From: Candidatus Woesearchaeota archaeon
Lineage (GTDB): Archaea; Nanobdellota; Nanobdellia; Pacearchaeales; GW2011-AR1
Length of the DNA stretch: 64,000 nucleotides
Reading direction: 5' to 3'
Assembly (NCBI GenBank): GCA_964362915.1
Contig: CAYIGH010000003.1
Span: 1,756 to 65,755 of the forward strand
Numbering within the stretch: position 1 is the stretch's first letter; each line of letters starts with the position of its first letter. Below the pieces are notes generated by a model. That model saw nothing but the letters and a program-made list of their open reading frames with translations. It was not told where the DNA came from and searched no databases. The translations under genes and the position numbers were made by a program. Below, piece by piece: positions 1 through 9,697 of the stretch.

Positions 1-281
1 CTCAATCCATATAAACCTTTTAAATAATCAAATAAAGGCATTTCAGCATAGCTATAATGTCCCCCAATAGCATGCAGCACCATAAAAACAAATATCAATG
101 TATAACTTGTATTTGAAAATTTAAACCATCTATAACTTATAACAAATAATATAATAAATAAAACAGGCATGATATTTTCATCCACCCACACACTTCTATA
201 TTTCGGCTCAATAGCTGCCCATATCCAAATAACCAAGTAAATAAAAAGCAATATTTTAGGATAATTTTTTTTAAATTCCAT
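1..281 (-). CDS. integral membrane protein, N-terminal part (gene continues beyond window start)
   Basis: Minus-strand reading frame from ATG (rc of 279-281) to the window edge. Translation is MEFKKNYPKILLFIYLVIWIWAAIEP... with hydrophobic TM segments. Not in ORF track because it is truncated. Confidence 0.4.
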   Translation of the reverse strand, partial: MEFKKNYPKILLFIYLVIWIWAAIEPKYRSVWVDENIMPVLFIILFVISYRWFKFSNTSYTLIFVFMVLHAIGGHYSYAEMPLFDYLKGLYGL

Positions 282-315
282 AAAATCAAAAATGAATCCT
301 GAAATTTAAATCTTC

Positions 316-606
316 CTAATCTCCAAAAGGAATAGAATTAACAATGACTTCTCTTTCATGTTCAATAGCCCTAATTATTCTTTGTTCTTTCAAAAATCTC
401 GGGCATTGATTATGCTCCTCTTGATTGCAAAATTCAAAATCCATAGGCAATCCATGAAGAACATCCCATTGATATTCCAAAGTACAATAATGATCGTAAT
501 AAGAGGATTTTAATATATCTTGACATAAAAATTTATAATAAGGGCAACTTCTATCATATTTGGCCTCTTCACTTCTAACTAAATAATCGCCTTTATCAAT
601 TGTCAT
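316..606 (-). CDS. small cysteine/histidine-rich protein (8 Cys), function unknown
   Basis: 96-aa ORF. Its ATG overlaps the radA TGA in an ATGA arrangement, consistent with translational coupling. Cys pairs CPYY..C, C..C, CNQ..H..CPRF suggest metal binding. Confidence 0.45.
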   Translation of the reverse strand: MTIDKGDYLVRSEEAKYDRSCPYYKFLCQDILKSSYYDHYCTLEYQWDVLHGLPMDFEFCNQEEHNQCPRFLKEQRIIRAIEHEREVIVNSIPFGD

Positions 607-3600
607 TCTTCAGCTGCCTCGTCCCTCACTCCAGCCAGAGTAACAAAAAACTGCGCCTCATTATCAGGCAGATTTGGAGAATCAATCAACTTTGCAACTC
701 TGCTCCCTTGCTTTCCACGACGCAAATACAGTCTGTATGTTGAATTATGAACGATAAATCCATTAGCAATATAATTTTCGCTTTTAGGAACAGAAAAGTC
801 GTATAATGCTTTTCCGTCATTCTCATTTATAGAAACGTCCCTAATTTTTTCAAAAACAACATCTCCCTCTAATAACTTGCCTATAAAATTTATTTTATTT
901 TTAATCTGCCTATCTTTAATTTCAGTATTCATTAAGACCCTAAAGGCTTTCTCTAATTCTTTTCTGCTAATCCATTTATAACTCGAAGCTCTGGGTTTAA
1001 CTATCGCAGAATATTTCAATCCACATTCCTCTAATAATTCCTTTAATTCTGCTCTTTTTATAGGCATAATCTCATAACTATAACTCTCTGCATGTTGCCT
1101 GATCTTCTCAACTAAGGTTTTCTGTTTATCAGAAGCGCTAAAACCGATCTGCAAATACTTTTGAACATCCCTATCTATAATTCTTAAAATATTCACACTC
1201 TGGCTGCCTATTCCAAATTTTATTGTAGATCTTATACCTACTCTTAATAAAAATAATTGTAGGTACCTAAGTATCCTTTCATCTTTCTGAACAACACTAA
1301 CATGGGCTCTTTCTTTGTTTATATGCCCTTCTGCATCAAAAAAACCTTTAATAAATCCTTTAATAACATCTATCCTAGACTTCCCTACCTCGCGTAAAAT
1401 ATCTGTGAACATCAATTCAAATAGATCTCGAATTTCTTTAGAGTTTATGTATAAGGTATAACAATTTTTATTTTTCATTTTGATTATCTTGCCATCTATA
1501 TTAAAGCTTTCCTTAAACAACCCTCTATAAACTTCCAATACTTCGCTTCTAGCATCTCTAAATCTTAATCCTCCTTCTTCAAAATTTCCATCTCCCCAGA
1601 AATATCCAAATATCTGTCCCAATTTCCAATCTAAAAATTCAGGAATTCTTAGCTCCCTATGTTTATTGCTAACGGCAGGCATTAACTGTAAAACCTGTTC
1701 GCCACTAAAATAATTTTGAAGATTATTTAATACATCCCATGAAGTAGAATACTCCTGATTTACAACCCTTCTAAACTGCCTAGGAGTTATTCCTATTTTT
1801 TTACATATTTCCTTTCTAGAGATATTTTTCTCAATTAATTTTTCCTTTACAAAACCTGCACTTCCTTTAGAAATTTTTCCTATTTTCTTGATCTTAAATT
1901 GAGGAATCCTTCTTTCTTCCCCACCTATTTCAATTTTCCCGACCTGGGCAACAAAATCTCCTATTTTTAGATCCCTGGCTTCTTTCTCTAAAATATCAAA
2001 ATTATCTACACTAAAAAATCTATGTAATGAAGAACATCTTATCTGGCAGTTTGTCTTTATATTATATATCCTATCAACATTAGGGTTAATGAAAACTTGC
2101 TCTGATTCAGCATTTTCGAATTTAGCTTTATCAAAATTACCGGATAAAACCTTATCCTGCTTCATCTCACTAATTTCAATAATACCTCCATCAGCTAATT
2201 GTATCAAAGAATCTCCAGTTAAGCACATATGTCCGAGTATATTGCCTCCAACAGGAGTAGTAGGGTCTCCAAACATCATGCCAGGATTAGCCATAACTTG
2301 ATTAGTAACAAAAACAGCAAGATTATGCTGCTCAGCCATTTTCATTAAATTATGCAAATATCTATTAAGCTTCTGCTGTCTGTCCGCCAATTGCCCTCTC
2401 CCTGCAAATTCTGCTCTAAAATGTGCTGTCAAAGAGTCAATAACTATTATTTTAATAGGCTCTCCTTCTTTAATCATTTCTCCAATTTTATCAATTAATA
2501 ATATTTGATGATCTGAATTGAAGGCACGGGCAACTAAGATATTCTTTAGTACTTTTTCAGGATTAGCTCCTATTCCTTCAGCAATCTGTTTAATTCTTTC
2601 AGGCCTAAAAGTTCCTTCAGTATCAATTATTACGGCCTTTCCATTAATGCCTCCTTGTTCTTTAGGCAATTGAACATTTACAACAAGCGTAAACCCTAAT
2701 TGGGAATTATGCATCATTGTAGGCATATTTCCTCCAATAAATGAATGTCCCTCAGGAACAACAAAATCATAAACAAAATCGTTATAATCTATAATTTCAG
2801 TAGAATCTACACTATCCCAATTAAAATGCTCAACATCTTCTATCAATCTCAAAACAAAATTAATCTTGTCTATCCTAATTATTAGTTCTTCTATAATTAA
2901 ATTTTTCAAAACATCTTTTTTTTCATCGGGAATATCTCTAAAGACATAATTCTGAATACTCTTCTTTCTGATACCTATTTTTTCAGCTAAAGAATTGAAT
3001 GCGAAGGGGAGTTTATAATAAATATCTTTTAATAATGCTAAAGATAAATTATTATTTTCCAATCTGCCAATACAATCGTTAAAAATAATTTTCTGTTGAG
3101 AAAATAGTTCCTTTATTCTCTTCAAAGTACTCAAATTGATAACCTCTTTATGAGAAAAATCCATTATCTGCTTATGAACTATTTTATTATTATGCTTCCC
3201 AACCAGCTTCCTTAATCTTCCTCTATTTCCTCCAATGCTTTCCTTATACAAATGCCTTATTAAAGAAATAATCTTAAATGGATAACCATGAGAACTATTC
3301 CTTATAGGGCAATTAAAATTCTTTAACTTGAATTTAATATTTCTAAGATAAATTCTATCTTCCCCGTTGACTCTAATAACTTTATATTTCTCATTTTTTA
3401 TTCCCGCAACCCTATCCTTAATAGTTGAAGAAATACCTAATCTCAACAATAAATAAGATAATTGCGTAGCAAGTCTTGGGCTCTTTGTTGTTGCAGAAAC
3501 ATCATAATCAGAAACTTCACCATCTCCATCAAGATATCCTCCTAAAAATGAGGAAATAATCTTCTCGCTGGAAAGAAAAATTCCTTCAGGAATAAATTTA

Positions 3601-4598
3601 TTGCTTGCGTTGCATCTATCCAGTCCGTCCATTATAATTCTCGTATTATTCCTCAACAATATAAGATAACATGGTAAATTCCCGTCTCTCGTTCTTTTCC
3701 TTACAGTCGGAACATAACCAAATCTCTTATTTATATATGTACAAATCCAATTTTTGATGCTTTCTTCGCTTATTGTAATAGAAAAAGGATTATGTGTTCC
3801 TTCAGCAGTAAAAATGCCTAAAAAGTAAGCATCATCTTCATCATACAAACTTTCAGCTACCAAATCAATCTTCTTAGGGTATGCAATAAAATCTCCATTC
3901 TGCAACAGACTAACTTTCTTCCAAACAACTCCATTATCAAAACTTAATAATTGATGCTTTCCAGTTACTTTGAGAATTCTTCCTCTCTTTGTTTTAATAA
4001 CAAAAAGTTTCTTTATTTTCTCTTTGTATAAATGACTCGCGTTTGTAACTTTCAGCTTTCCATCTATCCAAGCTAAAACCTTTACAGTTGTTAAAGGAAC
4101 TATAAATCCTTCTTCAAATTTTTGTTCATTGCTGTTATTTTTATATTTCTCGTAAGTTTTTTCAATAGTCTGAACATGCATCCTGGAATCATTAAAAAAA
4201 CAAACTTCAGTATCCTTGCCTACACATTTGCCAGATCCAAAAGCCCCATAAACCTCTGTCATCGCCTTAGTCTCAACGCCCTTTCCTCCTAGCAATTGAT
4301 TTAAATTCTGCGATCCTGTAGAAATATATCCAACATCTTCCCTTTTCTTAGCAAATTCAATGCCGTCCATAAAACCTAATTTCATCATTCCCCTGGCAGC
4401 TTGAATAGCTTTTCTAGCAACAGCCTCTCCAACACCTGCCATTTCACTTAATGCACTAGGACTCATTACAGCCAATCCCATTAAGTCATAAACACCTGCT
4501 GCCTCCAATTTAGCAGCAATGCCTGGCCCAATTCCAGGAACATCAGTTAATTTTACTTCGTCTTTAGAATCCGCTTCTTTTTCCTCTCCCTTTGCCAT
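603..4598 (-). CDS. radA: DNA repair and recombination protein RadA, interrupted by two inteins
   Basis: N-terminal HhH region (VPGIGPGIAAKLEAAG). Walker A GAFGSGK is followed by Cys. Extein segments 124+160+46 aa sum to 330 aa with the canonical RadA motifs VQLPKEQGGINGKAVIIDTEGTFRPERI and STYRLYLRRGKQGSRVAKLIDSPNLPDNEA. Confidence 0.9.
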   Translation of the reverse strand: MAKGEEKEADSKDEVKLTDVPGIGPGIAAKLEAAGVYDLMGLAVMSPSALSEMAGVGEAVARKAIQAARGMMKLGFMDGIEFAKKREDVGYISTGSQNLNQLLGGKGVETKAMTEVYGAFGSGKCVGKDTEVCFFNDSRMHVQTIEKTYEKYKNNSNEQKFEEGFIVPLTTVKVLAWIDGKLKVTNASHLYKEKIKKLFVIKTKRGRILKVTGKHQLLSFDNGVVWKKVSLLQNGDFIAYPKKIDLVAESLYDEDDAYFLGIFTAEGTHNPFSITISEESIKNWICTYINKRFGYVPTVRKRTRDGNLPCYLILLRNNTRIIMDGLDRCNASNKFIPEGIFLSSEKIISSFLGGYLDGDGEVSDYDVSATTKSPRLATQLSYLLLRLGISSTIKDRVAGIKNEKYKVIRVNGEDRIYLRNIKFKLKNFNCPIRNSSHGYPFKIISLIRHLYKESIGGNRGRLRKLVGKHNNKIVHKQIMDFSHKEVINLSTLKRIKELFSQQKIIFNDCIGRLENNNLSLALLKDIYYKLPFAFNSLAEKIGIRKKSIQNYVFRDIPDEKKDVLKNLIIEELIIRIDKINFVLRLIEDVEHFNWDSVDSTEIIDYNDFVYDFVVPEGHSFIGGNMPTMMHNSQLGFTLVVNVQLPKEQGGINGKAVIIDTEGTFRPERIKQIAEGIGANPEKVLKNILVARAFNSDHQILLIDKIGEMIKEGEPIKIIVIDSLTAHFRAEFAGRGQLADRQQKLNRYLHNLMKMAEQHNLAVFVTNQVMANPGMMFGDPTTPVGGNILGHMCLTGDSLIQLADGGIIEISEMKQDKVLSGNFDKAKFENAESEQVFINPNVDRIYNIKTNCQIRCSSLHRFFSVDNFDILEKEARDLKIGDFVAQVGKIEIGGEERRIPQFKIKKIGKISKGSAGFVKEKLIEKNISRKEICKKIGITPRQFRRVVNQEYSTSWDVLNNLQNYFSGEQVLQLMPAVSNKHRELRIPEFLDWKLGQIFGYFWGDGNFEEGGLRFRDARSEVLEVYRGLFKESFNIDGKIIKMKNKNCYTLYINSKEIRDLFELMFTDILREVGKSRIDVIKGFIKGFFDAEGHINKERAHVSVVQKDERILRYLQLFLLRVGIRSTIKFGIGSQSVNILRIIDRDVQKYLQIGFSASDKQKTLVEKIRQHAESYSYEIMPIKRAELKELLEECGLKYSAIVKPRASSYKWISRKELEKAFRVLMNTEIKDRQIKNKINFIGKLLEGDVVFEKIRDVSINENDGKALYDFSVPKSENYIANGFIVHNSTYRLYLRRGKQGSRVAKLIDSPNLPDNEAQFFVTLAGVRDEAAEE
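744..2225 (-). mobile_element. intein 2 near the RadA C-terminus (494 aa) with LAGLIDADG homing endonuclease
   Basis: Inserted between GGNILGHM and STYRLY. It starts CLTGDSL and ends FIVHN, followed by Ser. Internal blocks are GYFWGDGNFEE and GFFDAEGHIN. Confidence 0.75.
2706..4226 (-). mobile_element. intein 1 in the RadA P-loop (507 aa) with LAGLIDADG homing endonuclease
   Basis: Inserted after GSGK. It starts with Cys and ends ...MMHN, followed by extein Ser (SQLGF...). Internal LAGLIDADG-type blocks are LGIFTAEGTH and GGYLDGDGEV. Junction codons were checked on the nucleotide sequence. Confidence 0.75.
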
Positions 4599-4684
4599 TT
4601 AAATCATAAAAAGATTCAGTTTATAAATATATAACAAACTCAACAATATTAATTGTGAAAATATTACTACTTGAAAAAATAAAA

Positions 4685-5620
4685 TTAAACCACTTTCTCG
4701 AGTTCTTTTATCAGTGCCTGTGGATCAACATCTGTAATATTTTCTATATTCAGTTCAATATTATTATATAATAAATTGCTTCTAACGTTTCCTGAGAATA
4801 ATTTTTCTTCTCCTAAGATATCCCCTTTTCTCGCAGAAAATTGTTCTAAGGAAAAGATTTCATCATACAATCCAAGTTTAGTTATTTGCTCTCCAAATAA
4901 AGCGCCCCTCATGGTTTCAGTGCCGTCATCCAATACTATACTTAAAACAGCCCGCTTCTTGCTTTCAACATCGCCATGTACAGCACATTTCTTTTCCAAA
5001 ACTTTTTTACCGCATTCTGGGCAGACTTCAAAATATCTCGGATCAAAAATATGTACAATTACTGCTCTTGTAGCAAAACTCTCTCCAGACCTTACGTCTT
5101 TCAATTTTTTATAATTAAATACTCTTTCTTCTACAACATCTTTCAACTCTTCCTTGCTCTTTTTTATATCAGAAAAAGAGGATAAATGAATCTCCCCATT
5201 CCTAATGCTGGCATTGGATATCTCAATAATACTGCCCTTCTCTATTTTCCCTTCTTCTACTAAAGAAATGTGGTGATTATCCCATAAAACTGCCCTTGTA
5301 TTAGAGCTCTCGTCAGCCAATCTAAAACTGCAAACTTTTCCTGATCTGCCATTTTTATTATATTCTATTATTGGAAAAATATCAATGACTTTTCCAATAA
5401 CATTAACTTTTCTCATCCCGTGCACAAGCTCCTTAATCTTCAATCTTTCTTGATCAAAATTAAGTCCCAACTCAGCCGCAACAATTTGTGCTGCCCCCTC
5501 CCTGGAAACAAGCCCAGAAAGCTTTGCTCTTTTTGCCTCAATTTTTCGCTCAATGTCTTCTACGCTTAATTTTCCCGCTTCAGAAATTCTAGAAATTAAT
5601 TGAACATAATTATCACCCAT
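4685..5620 (-). CDS. rpa: replication protein A (ssDNA-binding, OB fold plus zinc ribbon)
   Basis: The N-terminal helix-rich region (LSGLVSREGAAQIVAAELGL) is typical of archaeal RPA. OB-fold-like middle region. Zinc ribbon CPECGKK...CAVHGD. Confidence 0.65.
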   Translation of the reverse strand: MGDNYVQLISRISEAGKLSVEDIERKIEAKRAKLSGLVSREGAAQIVAAELGLNFDQERLKIKELVHGMRKVNVIGKVIDIFPIIEYNKNGRSGKVCSFRLADESSNTRAVLWDNHHISLVEEGKIEKGSIIEISNASIRNGEIHLSSFSDIKKSKEELKDVVEERVFNYKKLKDVRSGESFATRAVIVHIFDPRYFEVCPECGKKVLEKKCAVHGDVESKKRAVLSIVLDDGTETMRGALFGEQITKLGLYDEIFSLEQFSARKGDILGEEKLFSGNVRSNLLYNNIELNIENITDVDPQALIKELEKVV

Positions 5621-5718
5621 TTCTTCCCATAGAAATTGCTATTTAAAAACATTATTATAAAATATATCCAATGGGAGTAAAGGCGAAAAAATATATAATG
5701 CTATAACGTCATAATCCC

Positions 5719-5886
5719 ATGACACTTGATTATAAAATAAGAGGGTTTGAAATTGAAGATTCTGAACAAGTTATTAAATTGCTTGATAAGTCTGGATTAT
5801 ATCATAAACCTTGGGACAATGAAAGAAATTATATGGAAAAGAAAAAAATATCAAAGTTTTTGGAAAAAGCAAGATTGGTACTTTGA
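5719..5886 (+). CDS. small ORF (55 aa), possible remnant of a GNAT-like N-terminus
   Basis: ATG..TGA frame translating to MTLDYKIRGFEIEDSEQVIKLLDKSG.... Below the ORF-track size cutoff. Weak call. Confidence 0.2.
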   Translation: MTLDYKIRGFEIEDSEQVIKLLDKSGLYHKPWDNERNYMEKKKISKFLEKARLVL

Positions 5887-5982
5887 TACAAAATGCTGGA
5901 CAATAGGACTAATAGTTCAGTAAACAATCTATTAATATAAAAGAGCAAATATCTTTTTAAACCTGTATTTCCACCTCAAATT

Positions 5983-6258
5983 ATGGCAGGCATAGTTGCA
6001 GTTATTATAAAAATTCTTCCAGACTCTCCGGAAGCAAATCTAAACAAAATAGAATCCGAAGCCAAAAAAACTCTAGAAAAAGAGGGCTCTAAAAATATTT
6101 CCTTTGAAGAAATTCCAATAGCATTCGGAATAAAATCAATAAAAATAAAATTTGCTTGGCCTGAAGAAAAAAGCACAGACATAATAGAAAATTCTTTGGC
6201 AAAGATTAAACACGTCTCCTCAGTCAAAATAGAGGATTATAGAAGGGCATTTGGCTAG
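5983..6258 (+). CDS. ef1b: translation elongation factor 1-beta (aEF-1beta)
   Basis: About 90 aa. Begins MAGIVAVIIKILPDSPEANL and ends KIKHVSSVKIE, typical of archaeal EF-1beta. Confidence 0.8.
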   Translation: MAGIVAVIIKILPDSPEANLNKIESEAKKTLEKEGSKNISFEEIPIAFGIKSIKIKFAWPEEKSTDIIENSLAKIKHVSSVKIEDYRRAFG

Positions 6259-6965
6259 AAGCCATATCTAAAAATTGAAAAAATAAAATAAGCAATAAGT
6301 AATCCAAATAATAAAACAGCAATAATAATAGGCACCAAAACCGCGATAACTGCTTTTCCTTTCACAATATTATGATAAGCTGATAAACCAAAAGTCATCA
6401 AAACAATTGAATAAATAATAGACAACCAACCAATATAAGGAATTGCAGTTATAATAAGAGCAGGAATAACACTATAAGTACAAGCATTATATGTGTCAAC
6501 ATAATCCCCTTCTCCTCCTAAACCCCTAATAACTAAATGAGAAATCCCAGCATAAGCAAACGTAAGCCCAACACTAATACCAAAAGCTACAAAGGGATAG
6601 AATAAACTAAATCCATAATAAAAAGAAGAAGAAATTCCATAAAAAATACCAATACTATATAAAAGCACACCTCCTAAAAAAGTAAATATTGGACCAATAA
6701 AAATATACATCAAAAGAGCATGTTTTATAGTTCCTTCCCTAACCAACTGAAAAAAAGAAATTGGACTTGAAAACAATAATTTAATCTTATCAAAAAAACC
6801 AATTTCATTATTAACTCTTCTAGTACCCCTTACAACTTTCTTTACTCCAAATGCCTCATCAATCTCATTTTTCTTATAGCCTTTATCTAACAACTCTTCA
6901 ACAATCTCACTCTTAGAAATCCCCTTATCCAAAGCCCTCTCAATAATCTCTTTTAGCCCCATCAA
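6255..6965 (-). CDS. Yip1-domain membrane protein
   Basis: Soluble N-terminal segment followed by 5 TM helices rich in G/Y/F, with Yip1-like topology. Confidence 0.5.
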   Translation of the reverse strand: MMGLKEIIERALDKGISKSEIVEELLDKGYKKNEIDEAFGVKKVVRGTRRVNNEIGFFDKIKLLFSSPISFFQLVREGTIKHALLMYIFIGPIFTFLGGVLLYSIGIFYGISSSFYYGFSLFYPFVAFGISVGLTFAYAGISHLVIRGLGGEGDYVDTYNACTYSVIPALIITAIPYIGWLSIIYSIVLMTFGLSAYHNIVKGKAVIAVLVPIIIAVLLFGLLIAYFIFSIFRYGF

Positions 6966-7064
6966 AACAATAAAATAAAACGCGTTAATAAATCTATTGA
7001 AAATAAAAAAGGGAGCTGTAAACTAAACTTCAGATAAATCGGTAAAAGAGATAATTTAAAAAGT

Positions 7065-7271
7065 ATGAGTAGCTATAAATTAATCATGGGAAAAAAGAGA
7101 GGTTTCAGAGATTTTTTAATTGTTATTCTTGCTGTTATTGGAACGCTATTAATTATTTTTAGTAATAGTTTAACTGGTGATGGCAATGGTAGAACTATCG
7201 TGGTTATTTGGGGCGTTATATTAATTATTGTTGCATTAATTATAAGCTTATCAAGATTTTTGATAAGATAA
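7065..7271 (+). CDS. small membrane protein
   Basis: 68 aa with two hydrophobic helices. Confidence 0.35.
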   Translation: MSSYKLIMGKKRGFRDFLIVILAVIGTLLIIFSNSLTGDGNGRTIVVIWGVILIIVALIISLSRFLIR

Positions 7272-7280
7272 TAGTCTACG

Positions 7281-7643
7281 ATGGAAACCTTAGCAGAAGT
7301 TCCGAAATACGTCAGATATGATTTTTTAATAACTTTTCTTGGTATCTTATCGCTTGGTTCTGTATGGTATTTTACTAATGTAACAAAAGTTAGTGTTACT
7401 GCAACTAATCTTTTATTGATACTCGGTGTTCCTTTAGTAATATGGGGTTTAGGAGAAATGTATAATAATTATAGAGAAGAAAGAGATTTAATACAGTTAC
7501 AAACAATTTTGGATAAGAAAAAGATGTTTGGAGAGATGGTTCAACAAAAAATACTTAATCAAGAAAAGAAGGATTTCTTGGTTAACTTATTAAAAGAAGA
7601 AATTGAGGATATAGTAGAAAAGAAGAAAGAAGAGAGAAAATAG
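7281..7643 (+). CDS. membrane protein with C-terminal charged/coiled-coil tail
   Basis: Two TM helices followed by a K/E-rich tail. Confidence 0.4.
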   Translation: METLAEVPKYVRYDFLITFLGILSLGSVWYFTNVTKVSVTATNLLLILGVPLVIWGLGEMYNNYREERDLIQLQTILDKKKMFGEMVQQKILNQEKKDFLVNLLKEEIEDIVEKKKEERK

Positions 7644-7666
7644 TTTCAAAAAGTAACATTTAAATA

Positions 7667-7864
7667 TTGCCATCAATTAATCCAATCATGAAACTACAAT
7701 ACCTATTTTACGTTCTAGGAATAATCTTCATATTTGCAACAGTCGCATATTTTTCCTATAACTACTTATTCAATCTTTCAGATTTAATTAAGACAATTAT
7801 TCTTATATTAGTAATGATAATATCCTTCTTTTTAGGAGAAATAATGTACGAAAAGGAAATCTAA
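7667..7864 (+). CDS. small membrane protein
   Basis: 65 aa, two TM helices. Confidence 0.3.
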   Translation: MPSINPIMKLQYLFYVLGIIFIFATVAYFSYNYLFNLSDLIKTIILILVMIISFFLGEIMYEKEI

Positions 7865-7865
7865 A

Positions 7866-8165
7866 ATGGTATACTCAATATGGCTAGCTCCATTTGGTTG
7901 GGGAATATTCTTCACGGGCCTAGTAGTTGCTATAATTCTCTTTGCAATAAAAAGAAAATTCTATCCTGTAATATATCTTGTCTCAATTGCCACTTACATA
8001 TTTACAATTGGATTTGTTATAGATGCATTTGATTTGTCAAAAAACTGGACTCTTTTTCTCTTAGCACTCTCAGCAATTATTTTTATTATTCTAGGTGTCT
8101 ACTTTGCAAAAAAATTCGAAGCAAGAAAATCAGAATTCAGAGAAACAATTCCAAAAAAACGCTAA
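7866..8165 (+). CDS. small membrane protein
   Basis: 99 aa, three TM helices. Adjacent to the preceding ORF with a 1-nt gap. Confidence 0.4.
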   Translation: MVYSIWLAPFGWGIFFTGLVVAIILFAIKRKFYPVIYLVSIATYIFTIGFVIDAFDLSKNWTLFLLALSAIIFIILGVYFAKKFEARKSEFRETIPKKR

Positions 8166-8172
8166 CTCTAAA

Positions 8173-8781
8173 ATGAAATTCAAAATTATCTTTGGAATAA
8201 TCATCCCTCTTTTGACCATTATCGTACTGGTCACTCTAGGAAGTCTTAATATAGGTTTCTCAGTAAAAAAAGATTTCGTAACAAAACTAACTCTAAAGGA
8301 CATATTTGAAGAATCACAACTAAGAAATTCCATAAAAATTGCAGATATAACACTAGAAAACGATTATTTTTTAGGCAAAAGATATGAACTTCCTCGCCTA
8401 GGTATTTGCCTTGACGACAAAGAAGGCAATCTGCAAAGAATAAATGCAGGAAATCTACAATACAGTGAAGGCGATTATGATTATGAAAGAGGAGACTTTG
8501 TTTATCAAACTAGCTATAAATCTTATCCTTACTACTATGGCGGATATAACGAAGCAAGAAACATCCAAATTAAAGCCAATGAAAAAAAGAGCATAAGAGT
8601 CTTCTTACAACCTTCTTATGAATTCGGTTACAAAAATTACACTCAATTACTAGAACAATACGGAGAATACGATGCATTACTTATCTTTGAAATAGGAAAT
8701 AAATACACATCTTATTATGATTGTTCTAATATTGACCAAGAAACACTAGACAAAGCAACTGCAATTCCAATTGGGAAATAA
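8173..8781 (+). CDS. secreted/anchored hypothetical protein
   Basis: A start at MKFKIIFGIIIPLLTIIVLV (signal anchor) is more plausible than the longer overlapping track ORF 8095..8781. Confidence 0.45.
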   Translation: MKFKIIFGIIIPLLTIIVLVTLGSLNIGFSVKKDFVTKLTLKDIFEESQLRNSIKIADITLENDYFLGKRYELPRLGICLDDKEGNLQRINAGNLQYSEGDYDYERGDFVYQTSYKSYPYYYGGYNEARNIQIKANEKKSIRVFLQPSYEFGYKNYTQLLEQYGEYDALLIFEIGNKYTSYYDCSNIDQETLDKATAIPIGK

Positions 8782-8797
8782 TCTAAAATTATTCCAA

Positions 8798-9622
8798 TCA
8801 GCCAAAAACCTCTCTCAACTCTTTCTCAATAAACCCATACATCGGCTTGCAATAACCATGTGAACATTCTGATTCTCCAAATTCAAAAAAACTCTTTGGT
8901 TCTTTAGCCAAAGAAAAAGTAGTTCTCGCATCAGAAATAGGAATAACACTATCATTAATAGCGTGCAACATTAATAATCTTCTAGGAGATATTCTCAAAA
9001 TATAACTATTCGGATTAATAAACGCAAGAAATTCATCTGTTTCCTTGCTGCCAAAACTTCCTGAATATCCTGCAGAAGAAATAATAATTGAAGTCTTTAT
9101 CCTTTCATCTAGTCCTGCTGCTATAATCGCATTTCTTCCTCCCATACTCTCGCCAATAACAGCAAAATCCCCCACTCCCCTAAAATTCTCTAAAAAATTA
9201 ATTGAGCTTATTACATCTTTAGCCATAAGAATCTGATATACTTCCTTCTTACTTAAAAAAGAATTGAAATCTTCCTGAAAAGAAGGGAAATAACCGTCTG
9301 TCTCTCCTATGCCCCTTTGATCTAAAACTAACGCACCGTATCCCATATCATTTAAAATCTCCCCATAAAATCTCCTAGATTCTTTAGTTCCAGCAGCCGC
9401 AGGCAAAACTATTATAACATCAAATTCTTTTTTAAAAGGTTTAAAAAACAAGGCATAAATGTCCTTCCCGTCATTTCCTTCAAAAATTAGTCTATATAAA
9501 TTAAAACTTTCATTTCTTTCTACAATTTTCTTTTCATCAAATGCTTTTCTATAATCTACAAAAGCAAAAAATGCAATTAAAAATATGACAAGCAAAAACA
9601 CTATAAAAGCAATCTTTTTCAT
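8798..9622 (-). CDS. alpha/beta-hydrolase (dienelactone hydrolase / S9-like), membrane-anchored
   Basis: N-terminal TM segment. Nucleophile elbow GESMGG. Candidate Asp and His in the C-terminal half. Confidence 0.6.
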   Translation of the reverse strand: MKKIAFIVFLLVIFLIAFFAFVDYRKAFDEKKIVERNESFNLYRLIFEGNDGKDIYALFFKPFKKEFDVIIVLPAAAGTKESRRFYGEILNDMGYGALVLDQRGIGETDGYFPSFQEDFNSFLSKKEVYQILMAKDVISSINFLENFRGVGDFAVIGESMGGRNAIIAAGLDERIKTSIIISSAGYSGSFGSKETDEFLAFINPNSYILRISPRRLLMLHAINDSVIPISDARTTFSLAKEPKSFFEFGESECSHGYCKPMYGFIEKELREVFG

Positions 9623-9697
9623 ATAATTATATGTACAATTAAAATTATAAACCTTTCAAAACCAAAATCTTATATAATATCTATTCCATAACAATAA

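Noticed and set aside
2089-5185. Antisense ORFs inside radA and rpa (2089..2301, 4776..5114, 4976..5185)
   Set aside because: They are fully embedded antisense to long, well-supported genes, with low-complexity translations typical of AT-rich reverse frames.
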